Shown here: in pieces, positions 1-13,816 of the stretch
Layout: each line of letters begins with the position of its first letter
Numbering within the stretch: position 1 is the stretch's first letter
Assembly: GCA_002633005.1 (NCBI GenBank)
Contig: NMRA01000077.1
Location: 620,001-684,000, forward strand
Length of the DNA stretch: 64,000 bases
Source of the DNA: Phoronis australis
Lineage: Eukaryota; Animalia; Phoronida
Direction of reading: 5' to 3'
Translations under genes and position numbers: made by a program
Notes under the pieces: generated by a model
The model's input: the letters and a program-made list of their open reading frames with translations, nothing else
What the model was told of the DNA's origin: nothing
Database searches by the model: none

Positions 1-1769
1 ATTTTCAAGAAGGAAACATAAAAATATAATTTCGACTTTTGAGTGCCATTGTTGATTAGTTTGTTGTGACATGTGTAAGTGACCTCGCGGAAGAAGAATC
101 ATTGATTGAAGAATTAGGGTAAAAAGAAACTGGCCAATAGATGATGCTATATTTGACGGCCCTGAAAGCCGATGCAAAAGATTGCACCACAACTTTAGCA
201 GCAGAATAAGCTAGAATGCAAATTCGTCATAAGTTGTCTAAAATTCTCATATGTCGGTAGTAAAACAACATATCACAACAATTATTTAATGTAGGAAGAT
301 GTATTTTTTCATCAAACAGTGTTTGGCAGAAAGTGCGGTAGTGGTGTTTCGGTCCCCGGGTGTCCTGTTCCAGAGATTCCTGTTTTTAAAGGTCAGGGTT
401 TGAATTTTTCGGGCTGGTTACCTGTTTTGAAGGTGCGGGAGTTTTTGACTCCAGGATATCTGATTTACAGCGGGGGTTACTGTTACGATAGAACACCCTG
501 TACATGGGTAACATCAGGAAGAGGTAACATTAAACAATCTTCATGTTCACTTTCTTGTGTTTACCTGGAAGCTTCAGTGGTTTATTGTCTTAGGTCTAGA
601 CATTGTTAAGCAACTAAATCTAGTTGGAGTTGACTATTGAATAAACAAAAATACAGATATAGTTCCTGTGGCTTGACTTAGTCACAAAAAGGTAATAATT
701 ATTCAGTAACAAGTATACTACTTATTGACATTGGCTTCACATTTGAGGTTTAAGATATATTGTTTTGTTTCACATTGGATTTATGTGGCATCTTTGACCC
801 TGTGCAGATTGGTCTAGTGCCTTGATGCAGTGCAAGTGCCTCTGTCAATTGAAGTTGAATATAGAAATACAATGCATGCCTAGTCATCATGCTGGTTAGA
901 GTTAGGGAATGTTGCGCCCAGTATCCTCTTGTTTCTTATCAACTAGTGTGTATGTGCAGGCCACTGCCAAGACGAAATTGATCGTGTTTTGCACTTGCGC
1001 AATATCAAAGGGGTAATATTCGTGTTAATTCTGTTTTCAAAGACGCCATGTAAATGTGAGCTGACCGATCACCTTGCCCGATATCAGCTCGTTCTGTGTC
1101 AAAAGATGTGTAAATATTGTATTAGATTATGATCACAAGATAAAACCCACGTATTCTGTGAGAACGTTTGATTAGTCTTTTCAAGGTATCTTCTCTATGA
1201 TCATCAACTGGTAACATGAACATGAGGCATTCTTTACTTGTCATTAATTTTAATTGCTTGTAAAGTTATATGTTAACATCTATGAAGTCTATACAGACAT
1301 CACAGGATCAAAGAGTAGCCTGGTAATCGCAGTACATTTGTGTCATGAAGTAGTCTGGTAATCGCAGTACTTCTGTGTCATGAAGAGATAAATATGTCAT
1401 TTTTTCATCAATTTAACTTCTTTGTTTGAGGAGCTGCTGGAAAACATGACCAATATTCCCAGAAGAGTTCGTCCTAATTATTCTTATCTCAGGCATGGCT
1501 GAAGATGGCTGGTTCTAGCAGACTATTGCCATGGCAATTGAAATGTGTTGAGGAAATAAAGAATTTGGAGCAAAATTAGGAAAACTCATTTTATCTGAAT
1601 TGTGCATATTCTTCACTTTGATATTATTGATAGATTTTAGTTTGTCAAATTCAAGTTTAATTAACTAAATTGACTTTATTTCTCATAAAATGATACATTG
1701 GAATTTTTTTGACGATTGCTTGTTTACCAAAAGAGCAAATTGTACCGTATAATCCTGATGATATTGTAC

Positions 1770-1895
1770 AACCATGACCGTACCATACGTTACTAATAGT
1801 ACCATGCAACCATGGTAGTACTGTGCAATCGTGGTAGTAGTGTGCAACCATGGTAGTACCATGAATCGGTGGTAGTACCATTCAACAGTGGTTAC
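1770..1895. repeat. Degenerate ~19-bp tandem repeat (gtaccatgcaaccatggta-like)
   Basis: Recurring accatg / tggtagtac units. Confidence 0.5.
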
Positions 1896-2179
1896 AAAGC
1901 ACCGTACAATTGTGATAGTACGGAGTTGTGATAGATCTAGGTTATTAAACCCATGCTCACCTCCAAAATTTCCAAATTTCCAGTTCCTAAAGCCTGTGCT
2001 CTGCGAAGCTCCCACTTCCAATTTGTAAGATCGAGATGTCATTAAAAGTTTCAGTGTCTTTATGAATGCCCATCTTGAGAATTTTCACTCCCAAATGGTA
2101 CGAAAATTTTTTTTCTTATGGTAATGAAGTGTCAGTTTCAGGCAGAAAATACACACTTTTACTAAAGAAGACATGAAAT

Positions 2180-3327
2180 GGGTTCATTCCATGTGAAATC
2201 AACCGAAATTCAAAAGATTTGATGTCCATACTGGTGGGATATGAAAACATGCCAAACATTTCCTTACAGCTACCCACCACTTGACAGATATAAACCTGTA
2301 AGAATGTTATGTCACGCCTTCTTAACTAGTGGAGTGTTAACAGTGATCTTTTGGATTTTGACAGGTTCATACTCTGGTTGTAAACTGAAAATTCTTATCC
2401 TCGTAATTATAGGTATCTCTTCAATTTTGGCATCAGAATTGGCATATCTCATACAATATGCCAGTCTTTTAATGCACCTTAAAATAGTATGAGAATTATA
2501 ATTTTAATTTCAGGCTGGTCCGAAATAACTGTCTGTAGGAACATTTGATGAATATTTACGTGTTTCTTTTTTCTTGTGCTAGACTATGTGCTACATGAGC
2601 CATGGTCAAAAAGTGTTTTCTGTTGAGAACCCTGGGGACTGCAGAAGTACCTTTGGGTAAGAAAGTTTGAATTTATCAACTATTTTTAGGGAACTGCTTG
2701 TCCATGTCATTGATTTACAATGAATTTGATTGAAAACATCACTGTACTTTATGTTGGACAGCTTGATGTGCACTTGCTTGTACTCTCTGTACAATTTTTG
2801 ATCTTTCCATGTGTATTTCCCAATGGACATTACAAACAAACAAGTTAAAATAGTAAATATTTCAAGAGCATGTCTCATCCTCAGACACACACGGTAGAAA
2901 GCTCCGTCACTCATATGTAGGAAACACATTCTTAAACCAATCACGAATCACATCATTCTTACCTTGAACGATTGAGAATTTTCTTGACACTGTTTTTCAT
3001 AGCTATTTAAAATTTGCCTCGGGTTTAAGCTTGTCACCCAAGTGAGAATGCGCGTGTTGCCAAACACGTTCCAAGCTCATTCAAGTCTGTTTTTTGGCAT
3101 TTGCCCCTCTGTCAACCAAACCGTTCTAAGAATAATAATTATCAAAATTGGCATATATGTTCTTTGGCGACCCCCACTTTGCGGTGCATTCGTGGGTGCA
3201 TTTCAACGCTCTCTGTTACTCTTGTTACAGAAATTAAAGGCTGAAGTATTCAGAATTAAAAATTGGCATGTGTTCTTACCCAGATTGAATTCTGTTGACC
3301 ATTATCAGCCAAATTGATTTCACATGG
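2180..3327. mobile_element. Degenerate TIR DNA transposon (possibly Sola2-like)
   Basis: Left end GGGTTCATTCCATGTGAAATCAA and inverted TTGATTTCACATGG at 3314-3327; the outer right terminus is eroded. Confidence 0.4.
3085..3226 (+). mobile_element. 3' fragment of HINE family B
   Basis: cccctctgtcaaccaaaccg and cgtgggtgcatttcaac...ctcttgtt match the family B core and 3' end at 44700-46316. Confidence 0.65.
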
Positions 3328-3780
3328 TTTCTTAGCATGTGCGCATTCCGAATGTTACCATACTTGTATGCAAAAACATAGCATAGGGATTTGTGAGAGT
3401 GCATTGACTGTTCGTGCTAGCCTCCAACCCTGATTTTGTCAAAAATAGTGACGGGATTTGTGTGAGTGCATTTACTCCTCAGGCTAGCATTTGTTCCCGG
3501 TTTTGTCAAAAGTATTTTAAAAACCCATTCTTGGCTTAATACCCATCCCCTGATTTCTGAATTATCTGGTTTTTAGTGAGCTGGAAATTAATGCTTGAGT
3601 ATGTTGTTGACAAATAAATCTGTTGTGATCTACTTCATACAATTCATGGCTGTGTGCATGTCAATAGTTGATTTCTGTGTGTATGCTCTCAACAACAGTT
3701 GCATCTGGTAAACTGTTACTGTTGACTGGTTGGTTTTTGCATTACTGCAGTCGTGGAATATATAAAGCATCCTCTATTTT

Positions 3781-4867
3781 TTACTTGGCAAAATAAATTT
3801 CGCCAAGTATGTTGCTCTTCCACAAAGTTTTTTTTTTTTTTTTTTTTTTTTTTTGCNNNNNNNNNNNNNNNNNNNNNNNNNNNNNNNNNNNNNNNNNNNN
3901 NNNNNNNNNNNNNNNNNNNNNNNNNNNNNNNNNNNNNNNNNNNNNNNNNNNNNNNNNNNNNNNNNNNNNNNNNNNNNNNNNNNNNNNNNNNNNNNNNNNN
4001 NNNNNNNNNNNNNNNNNNNNNNNNNNNNNNNNNNNNNNNNNNNNNNNNNNNNNNNNNNNNNNNNNNNNNTTATGACATGCTATTATACAAAACCAAAAAA
4101 CCGGAAGTTGCTTTCAAGATGGCGGATCTGGCGCATGTTGACCCATTTTCAGTCGTGCTGGAGTGCGATTTTAAACGGGAAGAGAAAAAGACGTGATTTT
4201 TTGCATGTGGATTCTTTGAAGTATACTCTTTCAAATGGCCTGTAACAATTTTTTTCTCAGACTTACCGTTTTCGAGTTATTTGACTTTGAAATTCTTAAA
4301 AAGAACGAAAAATTTCATTTTTTTCGAAAAATTTACGGAATTAGGCGATACTATCAGGTTAGATAGAGCTTTGAACGGGCTTTCAGAAGATGCTTTCCAT
4401 TGCTCTCTACGACGTCTACTTTTCGAGTTATTTGAGATTTTGTGATAACGCTGCTCCTTTGTTGAGCGCTCTTGCTGCATTCAGGTTGGTTTAGCTTCTA
4501 TTGAACTAGACTGCAGCCTATTTCTTAATGATTTATGAGATCTAAATTCGTCATATGAATGTTATGATGTTCTTCATCATGGCCACCACCATCATCATAT
4601 TCGTCATCTTCGTCATCATCTCCGACGTCTTTTCTTCAGTTAATTTCGCCAAGTGTCGCTGAAGACTGTAGCCTATTTCTTAGTGATTTCTGACCTCTAC
4701 GTTCATTATATGAATGCTATCATAACTAGGGTTGTCCATTATCGCCACCATCGTCGTCATAGCTGTCATTTTCGTCATCATCTCTGTCGTCGTCTTTTCT
4801 CGTCCTCTCGAACGTGTTTTTTTTGGTTAATTTCGCCAAGTTTCGCTCCTCAGAGCGCTTTCATTTT
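3781..4867 (+). mobile_element. Helentron/DINE-1-like non-autonomous element (HINE family A), copy 1; spans an N gap
   Basis: 5' hairpin TACTTGGCAAAAT-AA-ATTTCGCCAAGTA then a T tract; 3' subterminal repeat AATTTCGCCAAGT, short stem-loop CGCTC-ctca-GAGCG and T-rich end; internal (CAT/CGT)n tract. No TSD. Confidence 0.8.
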
Positions 4868-6030
4868 GTTTGTTCGAACAATACAGGTCGCAATTTTCGT
4901 CCGATCATCACGAAATTTACACACAACACGTACTTCCGGAAGTACTGGAAGCCTATTGTTTTTCGTCAAAATCGGATCCAATATGGCGGCTGTGGCGGCC
5001 ATTTTGTTTCCATTTAAAGGTTCAAATGCTTCTAGAGGCTACACTTTTTTACGTAAAAGGCTAAGAATCGGCACAGTAAATGGACCAGAAGTTTGCTACA
5101 AGTATACCGGAACTTGTTCACTTCCGGTTAAAGATGGCGGAAATATCGGCGATCACGCATGCGCACCTCGATTTTGGCCTAAAAACGTTTTCTCCTGTAG
5201 AGGGCGCATTATACGACCAATTCCTTCGAATTTTTACAGGTATTAGTTTCTTATGACATGCTATTATACAAAGCCAAAAAACCGGAAGTTGCTTTCAAGA
5301 TGGCGGATCTGGCGCATGTTGACCCATTTTCAGTCGTGCTGGAGTGTGATTTTAAACGGGAAGAGAAAAAGACGTGATTTTTGCATGTGGATTCTTTGAA
5401 GTATATTCTTTCAAATGGCCTGTAACAATTTCTTTCTCAGACTTAACGTTTTCGAGTTATTTGACTTTGAATTTCTTAAAAAAAACGCAAAATTTCTTTT
5501 TTTTCGAAAAATTTACGGAATTAGACGATACCATCAGTTTAGATAGAATTTTGAACAGGCTTTCAGAAGATGTTTTCCATTTTTCGCTATGACGTCTACG
5601 TTTTGAGTTATTTGAGATTTTCTGATAACGCTGTTCCTTTGTTGAGCGCTCTTGCTGCATTGATGTTGGTTGATCTTCTATTGAACTAGACTGTAGTATA
5701 TTTCTTATTGATTTATGACATCTAAGTTCGTCATATGAATGTTGTGATGTTGTTCATCATCGCCACCACCACCATCATATTCGTCATCATCGTTATCATC
5801 TTTGTCATCATCTCTGTCGTTGTATTTTCCGTTAATTTCGCCAAGTGTCGCTCAAGACTAGCCTTTTCTTACTGGTTTCGGACTTCCACGTTCGTCATGT
5901 GTATGTTATTATTACTTCTTTTGTTCATCCTCGCCACCATCGTCGTCATATTCGTCATCTTCGTCATCATCTTTATCGTCATCTTTTTGGTTAATTTCGC
6001 CAAGTTTCGCTCCACAGAGCGCTTTCATTT
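4868..6030 (+). mobile_element. HINE family A, copy 2 (head-to-tail with copy 1)
   Basis: 5252-5830 is near-identical to 4071-4650; same 3' end AATTTCGCCAAGTTTCGCTCCACAGAGCGCTTTCATTT. Confidence 0.85.
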
Positions 6031-6497
6031 GTTCAGTAATCCACTTGTTCAGTAGTCCTCTTGTTCAGTAGTCCACTTGTTCAGTAGTCCTCGTGTTCAG
6101 TAGTCCTCTTGCTCAGTAGTCCACTTGTTCAGTAGTCCTCTTGTTCAGTAGGCCACTTGTTCAGTAGTCCTTTTGTTCAGTAGTCATCTTGTTCAGTAGT
6201 CCTCTTGTTCAGTAGTCCACTTGTTCAGTAATCAACTTGTTCAGTGGTCCACTTGTTCAGTAGTCCTCTTGTTCAGTAGTCCACTTGTTCAGTAGTCTAC
6301 TTGTTCAGTAGTCCACTTGTTCAGTAGTCCACTTGTTCAGTAGTCCTCTTGTTCAGTAGTCTACTTGTTCAGTAGTCCACTTGTTCAGTAGTCATCTTGT
6401 TCAGTAGTCATCTTGTTCAGTAGTTATCTTGTTCAGTAGTCCACTTGTTCAGTAGTCCTCTTGTTCAGTAGTCTACTCGTTCAGTAGTCCACTTCTT
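6029..6497. repeat. Minisatellite, 16-bp unit TTGTTCAGTAGTCC(A/T)C, about 29 copies
   Basis: Direct reading; phase kept over 240 bp (6061 to 6301). Confidence 0.97.
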
Positions 6498-7874
6498 GGC
6501 CTCATCACAATGCTCAATTCAGAAAATGTTTTGTGGTGTAATAGATATTTTAAAGCAAGTGCCTGGACTTTGTTATAAAAAAATTCTATTTTAAGCCTCA
6601 TGCTACGGCACCAAGGTGGAATTCTGCCAATTTCTAACGAATAGATCAGGATTGCAGTTGTGAGTCTAGTATAGCCAAAGAATTAATTAATGTAGTATAA
6701 CGTATTCATATAAAACTAGGAATGCTGTAGTATTAAAGAAGCTTCTAATGTATATTGCAGACTAGCAAAAAGAAGATTTTTAAGATAGTGCTGCTTGACG
6801 TACAAGCTGTCTTTGCACGTTCAATTTTCATTGGTGTTGCGTATAATTGTCTTTCCTCAGAATTCTGGCGTGGATTTGAAGTACTGGGGTAAAATGCAAG
6901 AGTCGTTTGTCTAGGGTAGGATAACTGTACATATGGACAGGTGTCATTTCAGTTGACAAGAGATGTACAAGTAAAATGTTTGTTTTAAATAATCTTGTGT
7001 CAGTGATGACATTGGTTTTCAAGATGGGTTAATGATGAACACCAGAATGCTATGCCATTGATTTGTATGCAATCAATCAAAAGACATCAGTTCTCTCATG
7101 AACGTGCAACCATGCAGTCATTTCTCTCTCATGCTGCCTGCTGTTCAACTGATTTGTCAACCAAAATTGTCAACCTCAACTTACAAAACCTACTGGTACT
7201 AAACAAGGATCATCATTTGGTTCTTTTCACGTATCTTCACAGATATTAGCAGTCCCAAATTATAGAAATCTTTAATTTAATGACGTCAGTTAAAAACGGA
7301 CAACAGACAGTCTATGTCGTCTATTGCATGGGCCTTAGTCCCTTGTCATATTCAGATTAGTTCCATTATAACTGTCCTAGACATTTAAACACCCCGGGGA
7401 TTTTCACAGCCAAAGGCTGCCACAGTGTTCCCAGTGTCATAACTTGCATCATTACAACCACCACAAGTAACATTTTGTTGAAATTTAAAATTAAGCCCAA
7501 ATAGCCCCCTGGGATTTGTACCTGTACCTCCATGTCTGTAAATACTTATTTACAGGCTGGTGTTTGGGTGCAGTGTGTTTATGATTTAAGTTCCAGAAAT
7601 CCTTGATTGAACACATTCTACTTCAAGTCTGGATTTTTTCTGCCTGCCAATCTTGCTGTTGCTTGACAAGTTGACATGCAGATTAATCTAGTTCAGTTGG
7701 CTTGTTTTAATCAAGTCGGATTAGAATTGATTGTGAAGCCTATTCACTAGTTATTCCTTATTAGATGTTCACTGAAGAAGAGCCTGACTCCAGTATTAAT
7801 ATGAACTTCAGGGGAGGAGACAACTTCTCTATGTTCATTTTGTTTCAAATGTGAAGCTTAAGTCTTTTATCCTT

Positions 7875-7963
7875 GAGAGAGGGAGGGAGGGAGGGAGNGG
7901 AGGGAGAGAGAGAGAGAGTGAGAGAGAGAGAGAGAGTGAGAGAGAGAGAGAGAGAGTGAGAGA
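7875..7963. repeat. (GGGA)n/(GA)n microsatellite
   Basis: Direct reading. Confidence 0.95.
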
Positions 7964-10187
7964 AACACTTTTATTTACATTAAGATATAATATGATGCTT
8001 AATAAATTTGCAAATTAAGTCAGGAGACCTTCTAAAGGGTTTCCTGCTTATCAAGATGATCTGATTAACATAAATGAACAAATGATATGGTCAGTGGTAT
8101 TGATGCTATGGTTGTTAAAGTGTTTAAAATCACCAATTTCATATCAAAAACACCAAACAATAATATTTGATGATATTTAAATTAGCTAATCTCAAGTTAC
8201 GAGCATATATTGGTGGAAACATAATAGGTAAAATCAAGACAACCAATAATACCACTAGAGATCCTCCTGTGTTTAGTGTGAAAAACCTAACTCAAATAGC
8301 CTGTCTAGTTTATAGGCCCTGAGGCTCCTGAAATGCACCGCAGCCATCTTCTGTTTCGACACAAAATTATCTGTGATTTCGGTCGCAACCACGTGACCAG
8401 TGTTTCTATGACTGACCCTGTTTCTTAGACCATGACTGACCCTGTTTTTTGGGTTGTGAATTGTGTTTCAAAGTCACTGCAGTGCACATTAAAGTCGTAG
8501 GCCTAACTGTCAGAGTTGACTTCCATCGTACTAACAATTTCTAATAGCAAGGCCCAGGGCTTTTATTCGGAAGATGGCACATTTTTTACATTTCTGGTAT
8601 CCAATGTAAGCACGGCTTACTCATTTTGGGGTATTATTCCCTGTTGCTCCCAACTTGTTGGATTCTATAGCCTAATTACAAGTTGGGAAGAACACCCCTG
8701 TAGCCAATATCTTAGACGACTGATTAACTCCATTCTGGCATTATCTCCTGTAAGATCATATCTAGCCTGATTGGGGTGTGCTGCTAAAATAAATGTTAAG
8801 TTATAACATATTTTAACATAAACCAATAGGATTTCTGAAATCCTCGTCAAATGGTGATCATGTTTAGTTTTTGAATTGCGAAGATCGCTCAACTACAACT
8901 GAAGTTACGACAATCTATTCTTTCCGAATGTAACTTACCAATTGGCTCTGGGTTTGAGTGTGTTCTCAAGCCTGATAGATAATTGACCTGCCTGTTGTCA
9001 TAACAGACAAAAGACTTTGCTTGGCAGTTAAAAAAGAAGCTAGGTGTTATCACACCCTCATAACTCTGTACCTCGGGTAAAGTCACTGAACGGAAAAACG
9101 CCGTCATGTTCGGAAACGGGGGGCCATAGAAAATGTAAGCCTCTTAAAATAGACCATAGTGGGTGTTTGCATGGTTCCTAAATTTCTCCCGGAAATGACT
9201 TAACGTTTAAACTGTAACTGACCTAGTGACTGAATTTAAAAGTTAAGTAAACCTTTGTTTTTGATTAACACTTGTTGTGGCTTCATTTAGGTAACTCTAC
9301 AAACCATAAGAAACAATAATGTTCACATACAAAAATAGGCTTATTTGTCTCTATGGAGAAAAGTTTCCAAATATAGGCCAATGGCTGTTCATTTTGAGGT
9401 GTCTGTTTGTGTAAATTGCGAGTAATGAGTTGTGGCTTTATGAGAGTCACAGTACAAACCATTTTGTTGATGACTGTTTTGTGAGAGTCACAGGTGTGCG
9501 TGCGTGCGTGTGTGCGTGGCTAAGTACAAACCAATTTTGATGATTGCTGGTGCACTTACTGATTTATTTAATCCCTAAGTTAATAAAATGGTAAAATCAA
9601 TGAGATTAAGGACTATTATCTTTTAAAATCACTGAATTTTGTTCTGATAACATTGTATCTGTTTTACCCAATTCATTAAAAGTAACATGGGACTGGTTAT
9701 ATCCACCAAACTACCTGACCTATTGAGTCACTCACTTGGTCTTCATGTACTCTATACTGTTGAGAAATGAGGAGTGACTACTTCCTTGTTCGCTCCGTTT
9801 TATTGAATATTCATTTATTTCATACAGATTTCCTTAAACATCAAACGTTTTCATTGCGAACTCTCTTGAGTTCATTTCTTTTAAACTCTCTGTAGAACAC
9901 TGAGCTGATGTTCAGAGGGTAGCAATTCATAAATCATCGCCATCAAGTCCAATAACACTACACATAATACTAAACTTCATATTTAAATTCAGGATCTTGA
10001 ATAGCACCATTCATTATCAAGGTGTAACTGTAATTGCTGAAAGCAAATGAAATACACAGTGTGCTACTAGGCAGTCCAACATGTGAGACAGTTACATAAT
10101 GGGAGTGGTTCAAATAACACCTCAGGTGGCAAATGCCAAAGCTACTAGGTCAAAGCCTGCTGAGATGAATTCATACTATGGTACAAA

Positions 10188-10857
10188 TGGCCTTTCCCAT
10201 TGCCTCCTAAGCTTTGGTTTGTGGGAAGACTTCGATCTTTTATCGAAGTTAACAGCGCAAATTACTCCAAAATTGAGAAGTGAATTTAACAGCGAAGTGT
10301 TGACACTTGGGAATAATGAGAACACTTAACTTCAATACCATCAGAGTTATCGGCAAGTGTCACTGCGTTCGCCAGCAGCGGGCGGTAACTGGTTTGTTAA
10401 TGTTTTGTTGCAGTATTTGTTATTTTGGCAGTATAAGCATTCTGCTTCAATTTTTCCACGTGCTTGTTGGATTCTTTCCTTAATAAAGTAATCAAAATCA
10501 CTGAACATTTTGTGTACGCAAAACAAACGTTATACTACCTTTACACGGATCCATTTTTCTGTTAACTGTCGTCAATCTTCTTCATCTTCTGAAGTTGACA
10601 TCCTCGTGTCTGTGTGAGGGAAGGGGGGCGGTCCTTTCCATTTTTGATGGCAAGGACAAAACAATAAGGCATACGAATATATACTGGCCCAGTGAAGAAA
10701 ATTAATTATATTTTGCTCATTGTACAGGTCAAGGTCATATTAGCGCCGCCTTGCGATAACTTCACTGAACTATAACCTCGAAGTTGATGTGAACACTCAC
10801 GCTCAACTTCCGGGTCAACCATAGTTCTAGCAAATTTAACTGTATGAGAAAGGGCCT
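10188..10857. mobile_element. PIF/Harbinger-like MITE (family shared with 36267-36751, opposite orientation)
   Basis: Ends GGCCTTTCCCAT...GTATGAGAAAGGGCC. Internal TTTAACAGCGAAG is the reverse complement of CTTCGCTGTTAAA at about 36618. Confidence 0.6.
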
Positions 10858-11997
10858 TTATACAATTTTTATATGCGATTAACACCTATATCTTGAGTTT
10901 TCAAGGGAGTCACCTGAAGTTTTTAGAATAATTAAAGCGGCAATAATCTTCAAACACTCTACTGCATGTTCATGAACATGAATTGTAGTACCGTGTAGCT
11001 TTTATGCCATGGGCCTGTTTCATACAAGAATGTTTGTCAAAGTTGCTCATTTTTCTATTTTTCAAATCCTGATTACTTTAATTGCTGCAAATAATGTAAA
11101 CTTATGACATATGTTTTTGATGACGTCTACGCAATACAAACTAAGGTACTAGCAGTCTAATAAGACTTTCTTAGTCTTTGTGTTGAATAAAAGAACTCAC
11201 TAGAATGCCATATTGGGTACTAAAGCCTGAACAACAACAAATTGTGTATGTTAGGCTGTTGCATATTTGTGGCTTATGGTAAAATCTCACTAATTTCAGA
11301 CAAACATGGTTTCCAGAGTTGTCCTTTTTATTTTAAACTTAATGTGCTTCTAACAAATTTCTTAAGAGTGCTCACATATTTTCAAAACACTGTCTGATGG
11401 TAGATATGGTATTTTGAAAATGAAAAGCATTAATTTGGTGTGACAGATCTTTCATGGAAAAGTGATAAAATACTGGTAATTGTCACTTATGTCGGCCATA
11501 TTGTACCCTGAATTGTTGTTATCGTGCTGTGAGTTACAAGTCAGTGCTGCTCTATCTTCTTAACTGGTATGAGTGTGGGTTGAGCAAGCTCCTTCCTTAT
11601 TTGTCTGTTTACACCCACCATTGTGGCACATTAGTACCACTTAACACTCTGTGTGAACTAACCAGGTGCTCTGATGATGTCAGTCTCAGTGTTTTGTGCA
11701 GGGACACGAAAACAAATTGATTCTTAGAAGTATTCGCTTTATCGACTGTTTAATTCAGTGAACTGGTAAACGTTGTTCTTCCATGCGTCCAGAAATGCTC
11801 ATTTCACAACATATTGAATCAATTTAATCTTGTTTTGCATTTAAAGACAAATGGAATAATTGCGAAAGGTGATGGTTTGTAAAAGAATTGTAAATATTTG
11901 ACAAAGCAGGATCTTATTGACTAGTCTTCATATTTTGCCAGATATCTTCAAAATTACTTTTGCCTATCTTCCATTAGTTTGATCATGTGACCACGCC

Positions 11998-12350
11998 TTT
12001 TTATGCGGCCGTGCCCACATATTTATACGTGGACACATTATGCCATCGTCTCTGTCCGTCCGTCTGTCCGTCGGGCATCCGTCCGTCCGGCGTCCGTCCG
12101 TCCGGCGTCCGCTGCTCTATCTCCAAAACGCCTTGACGTATGTTCATGAAATTTTGCACATGTGTTCCTTTCATGGATGGGACGGCATGAGTGAACTTTC
12201 GGACGAATCCGACTACCAGTGTGCCCCCTAGTGGCAATTTTAGTTTTTTCGTTTACCTCTACATCTTCAAAAGTTTCAACGGATTTTTATAAAATTTAGT
12301 ATATAGGCACCTATTAGTGAGATGACGCTATCCTGCCGTTTTCAAAAATG
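11998..12350 (+). mobile_element. HINE family B, 5' part
   Basis: T-rich start, CGTGGACACATT subterminal repeat, (GTCC)n microsatellite, then the core unit; near-identical to 44350-44640. Confidence 0.8.
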
Positions 12351-12913
12351 TTGCCTCATGATGCCAGTGAACATGTTATTTTGGATGCTGATGATGGCAA
12401 GCTAAATTCTTAAATTCCAACTTTCAGGACCAGGAAACATCTTAATTCTGACGGAGGTTAACATGTAAATATTCATTTGCAGAGCTCCAATCATTGTTAT
12501 CACCAATACTCTTTTGCATCAGATGGTGACTGTGTCTGTGTTTCATCACTTGTTGCTGGGCCTAGCTAGGTGGCCACTGTGTTCTCTCAATTCTGATGAT
12601 GGTGTTTAAATAAAGAACACCAAAACATGTCAAGCCATTTTAAATCCATTCTTGTTTTTATTAACAATTTAGACATAAAATTTAGAAAAATGTGAATCCT
12701 ATTGTGACATATTATTATCAAAAAAACATTGAAGAGCAATTGACTTTCAATCAAAAAACGTCAGTTTTTGGCCATAGAAAGTTTAAAAAACGGACAATCA
12801 CCATTCATTCAGCGTTTCGTCTATTCATAAGACATCATCAGGATAATTATATACAATAAGACAGCGAGTGTGGACAGGCAACATCCTTGTAGTAGTGAAA
12901 TGAGAGTAGCAAG

Positions 12914-13211
12914 AGATACAAGGAATAGTAAGTAGGCCATAGTTGCAGGGTCACTGAGCTCTGCATGTTATTCAGAGAATCAGTAGCATGCTGGTCCTGA
13001 ATGGCCAATGACTCTTTAATAGGCATTGTGTTTACAACAATCATCAAATCAGTTCAGTTACTATTACCTGTAGAGAACCTATAAAGGAATTACTGTACAT
13101 TAAAGAGTCATTGGCCATTCAGGACCAGCATGGTACTAATTCTCTGAATATCATGCAGAGCTCAGTGACCCTGCAACTATGGCGATGACCTACTTACTAT
13201 TCCCTGTATCT
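12914..13211. repeat. Long inverted repeat / foldback (arms 12914-13020 and 13099-13211)
   Basis: ...GCTGGTCCTGAATGGCCAATGACTCTTTAAT pairs with ATTAAAGAGTCATTGGCCATTCAGGACCAGC...; arms about 105 bp, spacer about 78 bp. Confidence 0.9.
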
Positions 13212-13816
13212 ATTTATCTTGAGGTATGTTAGACTGTTTTTTATTTGGTTTAGCCAGTGGGAAACCACCTTTTGACCTTGGATGTCTTTGACCTTTTAAA
13301 TGCCGTTGGGAGACTAAAATTATTTTTCAATTTGAAATGGATGCCTTTGCATATTTGACGCCCGAGTTAGTCAGAGATCAGTCATGGGTGGTGGTCATTT
13401 ATGCCAAAACGTGCAACAATTAAAGGGACACTTACCAAGTTTAGAGGTACAGAGCTGGACTTTCCTAGGTTTATTACCTTACATTGGTTCAATTTCAATG
13501 GGATCCAAAGTTTATCCCTTCCATCTCCCACTCTTATACATTACTATAACATCACACACGTTGCTGACATCAGACGCAGACTAAATTGGACAATCGCAAA
13601 TGTTGGTGAATGAATGCCTATCTTTGGGTAACACAGGGTCAATAGGTAACTAAAGGGAAATAGACAGATTGTAGGGACTCTGGCATCAGTCGTCATAGAC
13701 ATGTAACAGAAGTTGGTCTGTCTATGATGATAGGTGGCACAACAGGCAAATCTACTACGTTGTCTATGTATAGGACGCGTTGCTGGTGAACTGTCATGTT
13801 GGTCTGTCTATGATGA

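Noticed and set aside
317-502. GC-richer segment ending AACACCCTGTA as a Tc1/mariner MITE
   Set aside because: No matching left TIR or TSD could be found.
4653-5246. 197-aa ORF and its repeated relatives (MQQERSTKEQRY..., 23268-23558)
   Set aside because: Chance frames inside non-coding HINE A copies; starts and stops differ between copies and there are no Rep or helicase motifs.
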